Position numbers and translations under genes: made by a program
The notes under the pieces: model-generated
Told to the model about the DNA's origin: nothing
Databases searched by the model: none
What the model saw: only the letters and a program-made list of their open reading frames with translations
Part shown: positions 1 through 13,161 of the stretch, in pieces
Position numbering within the stretch: the stretch's first letter is position 1
How the letters are laid out: each line of letters opens with the position of its first letter
Source: a bacterium
Lineage (GTDB): Bacteria > Electryoneota > RPQS01
Length of the DNA stretch: 54,247 nucleotides
Reading direction: 5' to 3'
NCBI GenBank assembly: GCA_026394155.1
Contig: JAPKYT010000128.1
Location: 1-54,247 of the forward strand

Positions 1-304
1 TAGACTCGGTTAAATTATTGTCACAAATATCAAATAATGAAAAATAGTCAGTATTATTTATTTGTGGATATAAAGAAACAATATACATTAGATACGCGCG
101 GTCAGAAGTTCATCAGCGTATACGTTGCGTGGCGCAGAACCCGGCTCGGCGGACTGGATCGCCACAAGTTGAGCCTTTACCCCACTTTCCAACCCCAAAA
201 ACATTGAGACAGTAGTGTTAGAATAAGGGGGGAGAAAAGGGGGGTCTCTTCGCTATCTTACTCGCGGCGGCAGGCGTCTTTAGTCCTCGCCTGCCCCGTT
301 CGTA

Positions 305-1150
305 TCAGAGCCGGTAGTTCAACCCTGCGGCCCAGCGAGTGCGGCCCTTTCCCGAAGCGGGAAACTCGCAGGCGGTTTCCACCCGCCAGCCGCCGCGGAG
401 AACTCCGACGGCCAGACCCGCCGCAAAATGCGTACGTTCAGCGTGCGCGTACCCGCCGCGCAGAGCCACATATTTCCCCACCGGGAGTTCCGCGCCCCAA
501 TGAGAGGATTCATAGTGGAAATCGAAGCGCCGGTCCGTTTCAAGGGCGCGCCATTCATAGCTGACGGCAATTCCCTGCTGCGAGGCGAAAGCTGCGCCCG
601 CGCGCAACCGGCGGGCAACAAACTGCGCGCCGCCGAAACAGCGTTCCACGGCGGCTCCGGCCTCAATCGTGCTCACCGTCAGGCGCGCGCTCACATCGGC
701 CACCGTTTCCCAGCGCGACTTCTCCGAATCCACCTTGGTGGCTACATAGGGAAAGCGTGTCACGAGTCCCAGTCCGAGAAAGCGGGCCAGCTCGTAGCTC
801 AGCGCCGCGTAGGGGACGTAGAACTTGCGGTCGTCATCGGAGATCAGGCCCTGCGACCACACGCCCATCGCTACCGGACTTCCCTTTTCGGTGGATGGAT
901 TGGCCAAGGCAAAACAGAAATGATCGGGTCCGGACGGCGAGCTCTTGGCGAAGAAGAAGTCGGTGCCGAGCTTCTTGAGGGAGCGCAAGCCCGCCGGATT
1001 CACAATGCCCGACATGGGATCATCGGCCAGACCCACGTACGCGCCGCCCATGCCCATCACGCGCGGACTTTCGGGCAGGATAAGCGAGCCTGCGGGCTGG
1101 GCTGAACACACCAACGGCAGCAGTACGGCGAGGAGAATAGGAAACTTCAT
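305..1150 (-). CDS. Outer-membrane beta-barrel protein, PorV/PorQ/UPF0164-like
   Basis: Signal peptide MKFPILLAVLLPLVCSA (ATG at 1150). Motif SPRVMGMGGAYVGLADDPMSGIVNPAGL is typical of the N-terminus of this family. Ends in a barrel-like strand (AGLNYRL). Confidence 0.65.
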   Translation of the reverse strand: MKFPILLAVLLPLVCSAQPAGSLILPESPRVMGMGGAYVGLADDPMSGIVNPAGLRSLKKLGTDFFFAKSSPSGPDHFCFALANPSTEKGSPVAMGVWSQGLISDDDRKFYVPYAALSYELARFLGLGLVTRFPYVATKVDSEKSRWETVADVSARLTVSTIEAGAAVERCFGGAQFVARRLRAGAAFASQQGIAVSYEWRALETDRRFDFHYESSHWGAELPVGKYVALRGGYAHAERTHFAAGLAVGVLRGGWRVETACEFPASGKGRTRWAAGLNYRL

Positions 1151-1359
1151 GCGCCACAAGTAAGCAGATGCGCCCTGCAAAAGCAAGCACACGGATTGCG
1201 CTGCTGGCGGCTGCGTCGAAAACGGCTCTGATGCGCCCTCGCTCAAAGTGGCCGATCTGCGGGGGGTGAGGGTGCAGGCTGGGCAAGATGCCTCTCGGCG
1301 TGAAACCATTACTTAGTTATTAACAATCTGTTAGCGAAGGTTGTAGAGGAACGCGGGTC

Positions 1360-1388
1360 TTGACAAGTCCGGGCCAAACCTGTATATT
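1360..1388 (+). promoter_or_regulatory. Sigma70-type rRNA operon promoter
   Basis: TTGACA (1360-1365), 17-nt spacer, TATATT (1383-1388), upstream of 16S. Confidence 0.75.
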
Positions 1389-1458
1389 AGTCGTGCTTTG
1401 AACTAATGCTGGGTCGGCAGAAGGGGCTGCCACGACGGTCCCCGGCTCATTGTTTGTC

Positions 1459-1471
1459 TGTTCTTTGACAA
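1459..1471 (+). promoter_or_regulatory. Leader boxA antitermination site
   Basis: TGTTCTTTGACAA resembles the boxA consensus TGCTCTTTAACA and lies in the rrn leader. Confidence 0.65.
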
Positions 1472-1552
1472 AGGAGATTGTGCGTGACTGACGGAACCTG
1501 TGTAAGGTTGTGTCAGGGTCCTTGAATTTTTGGATCTTTTGCAAATTCTCTA

Positions 1553-3093
<1,541 letters not shown>

Positions 3094-3312
3094 AGCAATC
3101 TGATTCCCGTTCGCCGAGTCGGGTCTGTGACCCGCCCGGAATCGGGAAGACAGATAAGGTCGAAACCCTGAAAAACATCTTGCATAGCTTCCTCAGCACG
3201 CACGTCTCCTGAGTTTTCATATCGTCCTTGACCGAGCAGATCACGGACGGTTCTGTCTCCGCCGAGCGGGGTCGCCGACCCCGCCGGAACCGGGAGCGGA
3301 ACGCGGACCGTT

Positions 3313-3387
<75 letters not shown>

Positions 3388-3466
3388 CGAGAGTCATGGC
3401 CGGCGTTTTCGTCTCTTCGTCACGTCCGCTGCGAGGCCTGTCATCTTGGTGGCGCAGGAGGCGCAC

Positions 3467-4054
3467 ATGAATCATCGGTTTCTCTCGGCGGTTTTCAGGG
3501 GTTGTCCGGCGCGGTGGGTGACAGTTGCTCTTTGCATTTTGGCTTGCGGCGCTTTGCGCTGTCGGGTGATCGCGGCCGAGACGGCGTCTTCGATTCCGGG
3601 CGCCATTGACTTGTCGAAGGTCCGTTTTGAGATCGTGAAGAGCATGTTCGTCAGCAAGCTGGAAGGGATCAACGCCAGCTACACCGAGAACCAGCCGGAA
3701 AAATTCCGCGGACTGTTGCTCACGGTGCGCATAACAAAACCGGCGAGCGAGGCGCTGACCATTCACGGGCCCGACCTCGATCTGCACTACAACCACGGCG
3801 AGACCTACGACGTGCTCAATTGTCAGGGTCTGTCGGGTTTCTCGAAAAGCATGGATGTGGACCGGCCCATGCGATTGTGGAGCACGGGCATCGGCTCGGT
3901 GGCCACCGGAACGTCCACGCAGGATTCGGACGTGTTGTACATGGACGTGTTCTACCAGTATCTCGAGCCGGACACCAAAGACGTCTATCTGATGATCGCC
4001 CAGCCGACAGGATTGCACTACACCACCAGCGGCTGGAAAGCAGAGGAAAAGTAG
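3467..4054 (+). CDS. Hypothetical secreted protein (beta-rich) inside the 16S-23S spacer
   Basis: SD AGGAGG before ATG 3467, 195 aa, GC-rich third codon positions like the host genes, N-terminal hydrophobic segment. Confidence 0.8.
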   Translation: MNHRFLSAVFRGCPARWVTVALCILACGALRCRVIAAETASSIPGAIDLSKVRFEIVKSMFVSKLEGINASYTENQPEKFRGLLLTVRITKPASEALTIHGPDLDLHYNHGETYDVLNCQGLSGFSKSMDVDRPMRLWSTGIGSVATGTSTQDSDVLYMDVFYQYLEPDTKDVYLMIAQPTGLHYTTSGWKAEEK

Positions 4055-4129
4055 GCGGCGGACGGGGGACCACGCCGCGGCAAGCCTGAGTTCCGGGGGG
4101 AAATCCCGGTTCGGCTAACCGCCGCTCAC

Positions 4130-4205
4130 GGGGCGTTAGCTCAGCTGGGAGAGCGCCGGCTTTGCAAGCCGGAGGCCATCGGTTCGATCCCGATACGCTC
4201 CACCA
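4130..4205 (+). tRNA. tRNA-Ala(TGC)
   Basis: Acceptor stem GGGGCGT/ACGCTCC with the G3:U70 wobble, anticodon arm CCGGC-TT TGC AA-GCCGG, encoded CCA. Confidence 0.97.
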
Positions 4206-4245
4206 ACGGAGCGCGTGTTTTCGGAAATGTAACTGCCCGACTTCG

Positions 4246-4503
4246 TTGAAGAGTGACTTCGATTTCACGAAGCATGCCCTGAAGCGGCTGACGCACCGCA
4301 GGGAAATTGAGTTCGACTGGGTGGTCAGGTGTCTTGATGATCCCGACCATGTCGTGAAGGTCAGCCCGAACTCGTGGCACTTTCTGAAGCGTATTCCCGA
4401 GTTCGGGAACCGGGTTTTGAAGGTCGTGGTGAACCCAGCGACGCATCCCCCGAAGATTGTCACGCTGCACTTTGATCGCGATTGGTCTCGAGGAGCGGAG
4501 TGA
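4246..4503 (+). CDS. DUF4258-like putative toxin
   Basis: FTKHALKRL...REIEFDWVVRCLDDPD...KRIPEFGNRVLKVVVN...IVTLHFDR matches the DUF4258 pattern. The start (TTG 4246) is uncertain. Confidence 0.8.
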   Translation: MKSDFDFTKHALKRLTHRREIEFDWVVRCLDDPDHVVKVSPNSWHFLKRIPEFGNRVLKVVVNPATHPPKIVTLHFDRDWSRGAE

Positions 4504-4508
4504 GAACG

Positions 4509-4790
4509 ATGAAAGCGTATTGGGATCCTGAAGCCGATGCTGTCAGTTTCGATCTGTCGCGAGGAAAACCGGTAGTCGGCAGCGAAGTGGCTCCGGGCAT
4601 CATTCTTCACTACGATAAGAACGACAAAGTCGTCGAAATCGAGTTTCTGGATTTTTCCAAGCGATTCGAGAATCTCCGTTTCTGTTTTCCCCCCGTGGAC
4701 GGGGGGACGAAAGGGGGGTGGGATCGTGGGCAACCCGGCCGGAATCGGGGCATCAGAATCGCGCCTATCTTCTTGAAACTTCGCCGATAA
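4509..4790 (+). CDS. DUF2283-like putative antitoxin; C-terminus extended through a repeat
   Basis: MKAYWDPEADAVSFDL...SEVAPGIILHYDKNDKVVEIEFLDFS is the DUF2283 pattern. Starts 5 nt after the DUF4258-like gene. Confidence 0.85.
   Translation: MKAYWDPEADAVSFDLSRGKPVVGSEVAPGIILHYDKNDKVVEIEFLDFSKRFENLRFCFPPVDGGTKGGWDRGQPGRNRGIRIAPIFLKLRR
4686..4720. repeat. C6/G6 palindromic repeat (REP-like), copy 1
   Basis: CCCCCCGTGGACGGGGGGACGAAAGGGGGGT. Its reverse complement aligns with 23912-23950. Confidence 0.6.
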
Positions 4791-4930
4791 CGAAGTTCGT
4801 TTGGTCAAAAAATATTTCTGCCGTTGTGCGGGATCGCTGATCCCGCCGACGCAATACTGATCTTTTGAAACGCACATTCCTCGCCGTCGTCACGCGTGAT
4901 GCGGCGATGTGAAGGCCGGGCAACCGGCAA

Positions 4931-4943
4931 CGCTCTTTGACAA
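4931..4943 (+). promoter_or_regulatory. Spacer boxA
   Basis: CGCTCTTTGACAA, overlapping TGACAATTGGAAGCG, which pairs with CGCTTCCAATTGTCA after 23S (processing stem). Confidence 0.7.
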
Positions 4944-5096
4944 TTGGAAGCGACCGTTCTGTTGACGAGACAGAACGGGAGCGTCTCTCGAGAAAAAATG
5001 GCTATCGGTGCCGGGCCAAAAGTCGGCGCCAAGCCCAGTAGGGCTGAGATCGAAAGCTTTTCGGGATGACTTGCCTGTTTGGCAAGCAGGATTTTC

Positions 5097-8012
<2,916 letters not shown>

Positions 8013-8155
8013 GATTTTTTTCCTCTTTCCAAACGGTCAGGTCAGCCCGGAAAGCTTTCATCATCTCACTCGTGACGCTCGCGGGAGCGCAAAAACTCCC
8101 GCCGCTTCCAATTGTCAGGTTTTTGGCCGCGCTTTCGTGGCGCGGCCTCCCGCTT

Positions 8156-8273
8156 TTCCGCTAACCATGGAGCAGGGGAAACGCCTCTTCCCATTCCGAA
8201 CAGAGAAGCTAAGCCCTGAATCGCCGATGGTACTTGCCGGGCAACTGGCTGGGAGAGTAGGACGTTAGCGGGA
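8156..8273 (+). rRNA. rrf: 5S rRNA
   Basis: CCCATTCCGAAC, GCCGATGGTAC and GGGAGAGTAGG motifs. Terminal stem TTCCGCTAAC/GTTAGCGGGA. Confidence 0.95.
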
Positions 8274-8283
8274 ATTATCTGCC

Positions 8284-8320
8284 AAGAGCCCCTGAATGAT
8301 TGTTCAGGGGCTCTTCGTTT
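8284..8320 (+). terminator. rrn intrinsic terminator
   Basis: AAGAGCCCCTGAA-loop-TTCAGGGGCTCTT followed by CGTTT. Confidence 0.85.
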
Positions 8321-8437
8321 ATCATCATCTTCGCCTTAGTAAGCAATGTGCCTCTATTCTTTAAGCTGTACGAACACATGTATTATGAAAAGCAAAAATG
8401 TCACATCTTTAAGAAAGAGTATTATACATTTGTTCAC

Positions 8438-8466
8438 TTGATTATAGGTCAGAACCGATGTATTCT
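8438..8466 (+). promoter_or_regulatory. Putative sigma70 promoter of the two-gene cassette
   Basis: TTGATT-17 nt-TATTCT in an AT-rich stretch. Confidence 0.4.
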
Positions 8467-8519
8467 GAAAAGTTGAAATTTCTCGCAAAGCAAGTGAACT
8501 GGAGGATGAGGAGGAAGAG

Positions 8520-9065
8520 ATGAAAACAGTACCAAGTGTGGCTGTCTTTCTTGTCGTTTTCGCCGCCCGTTCATTTGCCCAACCCGCCTACCAGTTTCCC
8601 GGAGATCATCGCTATCATAGAGCCAAGATATTCTTCAAGAACAACACCAGAATCGAAGTAAGCAATCTCCATATCAGAGACGACCATCTGACTTTCGTGA
8701 ATCGAGCCACTTCGCAGGAGGGCGAATTCGATCTCGGAAATATTTTTCTTATCAAAGCGAGCATGGGCAGCAAGGCAGGGGAATACGCTCTGATCGGAGG
8801 CGTTGCCTTTGGCGCGTCGGCTGCCATCGGTACGATAGGAATGGAATCCAATCCCACATATGAGGATTTTCCTGTCGGTCCGTGGATTGCGGGATGGACG
8901 GCAGCCGGTGTAGTGATTGGTGCGATCGTTGGAGCCACTCAGGAGAAATGGAAGACGATCTATGCGAACGAGAATGCATCAATCATAAACCACCTTGGGC
9001 TGTCACTCTGCAATGTCCATCGGGCTCCGGCCGTCGGACTGCAAGTACAGTTTTCACTTCACTAA
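8520..9065 (+). CDS. Hypothetical secreted/membrane protein with a glycine-zipper-like segment
   Basis: SD GAGGAGG, signal peptide, GVVIGAIVGA repeats. Lower GC than the core genes. Confidence 0.8.
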   Translation: MKTVPSVAVFLVVFAARSFAQPAYQFPGDHRYHRAKIFFKNNTRIEVSNLHIRDDHLTFVNRATSQEGEFDLGNIFLIKASMGSKAGEYALIGGVAFGASAAIGTIGMESNPTYEDFPVGPWIAGWTAAGVVIGAIVGATQEKWKTIYANENASIINHLGLSLCNVHRAPAVGLQVQFSLH

Positions 9066-9082
9066 GTCTGTAGGAGAGTATC

Positions 9083-9625
9083 ATGCAGCGCTTTCTTAGC
9101 AGGAGAAACTGTGTTCTCGGACTCGTTTTCGTCGTATCGGCGTTGGTGGTTGGTTGTGCTGCCCCGGGCAAGTATGTGATGAAGAATCCACCGACGACCG
9201 ATGTCAAGCGCTTTGGGAGTGTTGAGGTCGCCAGCGTTTCAACCGGCATCACCGAAGATGAGTTGGACCCGGCAACAGCGACGGAGTTGCGGTCTGCGAT
9301 TATCGCGGCCATTCAGAAGGAGGCAATGTATGGGAAAGTCGCGCCAGAAGTTGACATGAGCGAGGCTACTCTGCAAATACAGCCTAGAATTGTCCAGTTT
9401 GATAGGGGAAGCCGGACAGCGCGATATCTTGTTGGTTTCGGTGCAGGGAAGGCACATTTGGATGTGGAATGTAAGTTCGTTGACAAGGAAACGCAGCGCG
9501 TGATCGCTGAGGGCACTTTCATCGCGGAAATTGCCGGGGGGCTGTTTGGAGGGGCTTCTGACCAAGAGATGATGTCCAAGAACGTTGCCAAACAGGTAGC
9601 CAAGTTCCTCAAGAAGGGGAAATAG
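9083..9625 (+). CDS. DUF4410-like lipoprotein
   Basis: Lipobox VVG-C and motif FDRGSRTARYLVGFGAGKA. Confidence 0.8.
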   Translation: MQRFLSRRNCVLGLVFVVSALVVGCAAPGKYVMKNPPTTDVKRFGSVEVASVSTGITEDELDPATATELRSAIIAAIQKEAMYGKVAPEVDMSEATLQIQPRIVQFDRGSRTARYLVGFGAGKAHLDVECKFVDKETQRVIAEGTFIAEIAGGLFGGASDQEMMSKNVAKQVAKFLKKGK

Positions 9626-9721
9626 TCAGGTCAGGAACCAGTGCTCACAGTCCTATTCTGCCGGATGTATGCATTCCCCCAGAGCCGGGGAAGAAGATAG
9701 GGTTCAATCTATGCTCACATG

Positions 9722-9833
9722 AGAGAAGTTGGGCCCTGAATCGCCGATGGCACTTGCCGGGCAACTGGCTGGGAGAGTAGGACGTTAGCGGGAATTTCCT
9801 CGGAGTCCCTGATCCATCGTTCAGGGGCTCTTG
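9722..9833 (+). repeat. Duplicated 3' part of 5S rRNA plus terminator (att-like remnant or 5S pseudogene)
   Basis: 9722-9796 matches 8202-8276 with 4 mismatches in 75 nt and is followed by a related terminator (TTCAGGGGCTCTT). Confidence 0.9.
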
Positions 9834-9887
9834 CTTTGTTCGTGCGCTTTTCCGATCTTGGCCATCACCCCTACCCTCTGATCGCCG

Positions 9888-11399
9888 GTGCCACCCCCTT
9901 CTCCAAGTCAACAACGTTCGTCGCCTTTGCCGCCCCTCGTGTTTGCGGCTGCAGCGGCCGTGTTCGTGCTCGTGCACTGGCGTGCGCTCTATGTCGCACC
10001 GTCGTTCGACGATTGGGCAGTGATCGCCATTTGGCGCGACGCTGTGCGCCATGCCTCGGGGTTGAATGTCCTGATGTCAGTGTTTCAGGGAACGACCGGT
10101 GACTTCTGGCGTCCCCTCACGAACTTCGCGTTCGCGCTGGTCAACGGGGAATCGGCGTTCCTTCCTCAAGCGCTCAAGCTGCTGGCGATTGTTGGCATGG
10201 CGGCGCTCATGGTGGCCATAGCACGTCAATTGGGCTTCTCGCGAACGGCGTCGTGGCTGATAGGGTGCGCGTTGCTGGTGCATCAAGGCATGGTGCTTGG
10301 GCAGGAGATTGATCGTTGGGGTGACGTGTTGTGCAACGGGGCGCTACTGGGGATTTTCTCCCTCTCGCTTCGCTTCAGTCGAATTCCATTCGCGATGCTG
10401 ACATACGCGATCGCGATCGGGCTGTTGGCGTTTGCGGCGATGTTCAGCAAGGAAAGCGGAATCGTCGTGTTGGCCATTCCGCTGGCCGTCGGATTCGTTA
10501 GATCCACGGATGCCGAAGGGAGGCGTGGACAGTTCATTGCGGCAGGCGTCGCTCTCTTGGTAGCAGCGCTGTACCTGGCGCTGCGATTTCAGCATGGTCT
10601 GACCTTCGGCTCGCGAGACCCGTACTACGCTTTGACGTTCGGCACCAATGTTGTCTCCAACATTCTCATGATGGCTTTCGCGTTGGTCCAACCGATCAAC
10701 GTCGTGGACATCGTAATGGTAAAGGATATTCGTGTTCTCGCCGTCGCCTTCGCGGCCACCCTCGGATTTCTGACGTTAGCAGGATTGTGGCGCTCGCGCC
10801 GGCGAGCATGGAGAGTGATTCTGCTGGCTGCTCTGCTGTTTGTAGTTGTCCAGGGGCCCACGCTGCTGATGGCGCGTACAACCGAGGTGAACTTCTCGCG
10901 CTCATTGCCCTTTGGTCTCTTATTGGTCGCGATTCCCCTCGTTGACACGTGGGGCAGCGCGTCGAGAAGAGGCCGGTATGCCCTCTCGATTCTGCTCCTT
11001 GCAATCGCCTCGCTTCACGTTGCGGCGACCTACGCCAAAGTGAGTGGTGTGGTTCGGGTTAGCCGGCAGGCCCGCGATTTCCGAGACCAAGTTCAACGTC
11101 TGATGCCGAGCCCGCCTGACCGAAAACTCGTCTTTGTGGCCGAACGGACCTACCACGGCTATTCGAGCAGTGCACGACCACTGTGGATGTGTATTCCGGG
11201 TGACGCCACCATCGGCATGCGGGAGAGATATCACAAGCCAAGCTATCGAGCCGAAGTGTACATCATTGATCACAGCCCCTGTCTTCCCGACAGTCTCCGC
11301 GACTTCGACTTCCTCCTCGATCGCGCCAACCGGCTCCACGACCGGTTCGGCCACTCCGTCCTCATCGAGCCGCCTGATCCATATCTGAAGCCGCAATAG
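9888..11399 (+). CDS. Polytopic membrane protein, probable GT-C glycosyltransferase
   Basis: Early FDD motif, FWRPL, SKESG motif, many transmembrane helices. Confidence 0.65.
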   Translation: MPPPSPSQQRSSPLPPLVFAAAAAVFVLVHWRALYVAPSFDDWAVIAIWRDAVRHASGLNVLMSVFQGTTGDFWRPLTNFAFALVNGESAFLPQALKLLAIVGMAALMVAIARQLGFSRTASWLIGCALLVHQGMVLGQEIDRWGDVLCNGALLGIFSLSLRFSRIPFAMLTYAIAIGLLAFAAMFSKESGIVVLAIPLAVGFVRSTDAEGRRGQFIAAGVALLVAALYLALRFQHGLTFGSRDPYYALTFGTNVVSNILMMAFALVQPINVVDIVMVKDIRVLAVAFAATLGFLTLAGLWRSRRRAWRVILLAALLFVVVQGPTLLMARTTEVNFSRSLPFGLLLVAIPLVDTWGSASRRGRYALSILLLAIASLHVAATYAKVSGVVRVSRQARDFRDQVQRLMPSPPDRKLVFVAERTYHGYSSSARPLWMCIPGDATIGMRERYHKPSYRAEVYIIDHSPCLPDSLRDFDFLLDRANRLHDRFGHSVLIEPPDPYLKPQ

Positions 11400-11447
11400 A
11401 ACGCCGATTGCAGTCCGGTCAACCCGAGGCGGCGGTACCCACATCCA

Positions 11448-11765
11448 TGCCTGAACGATCTTACGCGCTTTCTCTGGTTTGATCGCACTCACTCCATTGC
11501 GCGCAGCAAAGTCTACCGATTGAGCTATCTCTTTCTCTTGGCTTTCGCCGTGCCGGGGTTTGTTACGGCTTATCGCCGGCGCATGCTTGATCCGATTGTG
11601 CCCTTGATCTATCTGGGATATCTGGCTTTCTATGTGCCGGTGATCGTGCTGCCGCGCTACCGCATCATTCCCGTCCTGATGCTCCTCCTGCTTGCGTCCT
11701 ATGCGGCCGAGCGAATGCGATCCCGTTATTTCGGCGTGAAAGGGAATCTTGCAGCAAGATCCTGA
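11448..11765 (+). pseudogene. C-terminal remnant of a paralog of the downstream ArnT-like glycosyltransferase
   Basis: Reads CLNDLTRFLWFDRTHSIARSKVYRLSY...PRYRIIPV, aligning with CVNRLAYFLWFDPNHPLARNSVYRVSY...PRYRVIPV of 11749-13041. No N-terminal part is present. Confidence 0.8.
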
Positions 11766-13041
11766 CCGCCTGCCGGACACCAAGCCTCCGTCGCAGTGGC
11801 CGTGGGTGATCGCGCTGGCCGTTCTGGCGCTCCTGGCGCGCGTCGCGGCGGTGGTGATACTGGCGGACCGGCACACCGCCTACTACGAGTACATGCTGAT
11901 CGCTCGCAATCTCTTGAGCGGTCTGGGGTACTCGTTTGACGACGACGGCGGCATGCCCATGCAGCCCACCTCGTTTCAGCCGCCGCTCTATGTTTACTGG
12001 TGCGCCGCGTTCATGCGATTGTCGCCGCACAACTACCTGCCGCTCTACCTGGCGCAGGCGGCGGTTGGAGCGTCGGGTGTGTTTCCGGCGTACCTGGCGG
12101 GGAACGGCTTCTTCGGAAGGCCCGCAGGTCTCGGATTTGCGGCGGCCTACGCGGTGTTTCCGGAGATGATTGTCCTGACCGCGCGGCCCGTGCCGGAGTG
12201 GCTCTACGTGGTGGTATTTCTGTGGCTGCTGGTCTTGTATCTATCCTTCAAGTTCAAGCTGCCCGCTGCGGGCATTCCGTTCGGACTCGCCGCGGTCTTC
12301 GGAATTGTGGCCGGGCTGGGCATGTTGGTGAAGGCCACGGTTCTGCTGCAGGCGGTGGCGGTTTTTCTTGCCCTGCTCCTACTCATGCGCCGGCGGCTGG
12401 CGGTTCTGGTGCGGCAGACGTGGCCGGTCGCGCTCACGATGCTGGTGATTCTCGCCCCTTGGGTGGTGCGCAACTGGCGCGTGCAGCACCGCTGGATTCC
12501 TTTGCGAACGGGCATCGGCCAGAGCTTGTGGATCGGCAACAACGCGGTCTCCGAGGGATCCCTCTGGACCGCCGACGGCCGGAAGGTGCGTTTCGCCCTG
12601 CTGGCGGAGAGTGACTTTCACTCTCACATGCCTGATGACGAGCAGGATCGCGACGACTACTATCTGCGCCACGCCCTCTCATTCATTGAGCATCACCCGT
12701 GGGAATACGCGCGGCTCTGTGTCAACCGGCTTGCGTATTTCTTGTGGTTTGATCCGAATCATCCCCTGGCGCGGAACAGCGTCTATCGGGTGTCCTATGT
12801 CCTCCTGCTGGCCGTGGCCGCGGCGGGGATACTTTTGAGCGTGCGCCGCCGCCGGCTTGACTCGGTGCTGCCCCTGACGTATCTGCTCTACCTGCTGTTC
12901 TATGTGCCGGTTCTCAGCGCTCCGCGCTACCGAGTTATCCCCGTGCTGTTATTGCTGCTCGTCGCCAGTTGCGCCGCCGTGGCCTTCTTCGAGTGGTGGC
13001 GGACAGAGCGTGCCCCTGCTCGCCGAGCGTTGAAAACGTGA
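11749..13041 (+). CDS. ArnT/PMT-like (GT-C) membrane glycosyltransferase
   Basis: YEYMLIARNLLSGLGY, QPPLY, PWVVRNW and PRYR motifs, multiple transmembrane helices. Start uncertain. Confidence 0.75.
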   Translation: MQQDPDRLPDTKPPSQWPWVIALAVLALLARVAAVVILADRHTAYYEYMLIARNLLSGLGYSFDDDGGMPMQPTSFQPPLYVYWCAAFMRLSPHNYLPLYLAQAAVGASGVFPAYLAGNGFFGRPAGLGFAAAYAVFPEMIVLTARPVPEWLYVVVFLWLLVLYLSFKFKLPAAGIPFGLAAVFGIVAGLGMLVKATVLLQAVAVFLALLLLMRRRLAVLVRQTWPVALTMLVILAPWVVRNWRVQHRWIPLRTGIGQSLWIGNNAVSEGSLWTADGRKVRFALLAESDFHSHMPDDEQDRDDYYLRHALSFIEHHPWEYARLCVNRLAYFLWFDPNHPLARNSVYRVSYVLLLAVAAAGILLSVRRRRLDSVLPLTYLLYLLFYVPVLSAPRYRVIPVLLLLLVASCAAVAFFEWWRTERAPARRALKT

Positions 13042-13161
13042 CGAATTCCATTGCCCGCCGCTTCGCTGCCGCCCCTCGCCATGTTCTCCGGCTTCTTCTC
13101 GTGCGCGGGCGGGCGGCTTGAGTTTTGAATTGCGGTTGCGTATCTTGACAGAACAAGGCAA

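Noticed and set aside
1-225. AT-rich stretch with a DnaA-box-like TGTGGATAT, possible oriC
   Set aside because: Only one imperfect box, no dnaA-region genes visible, and the window edge hides the context.
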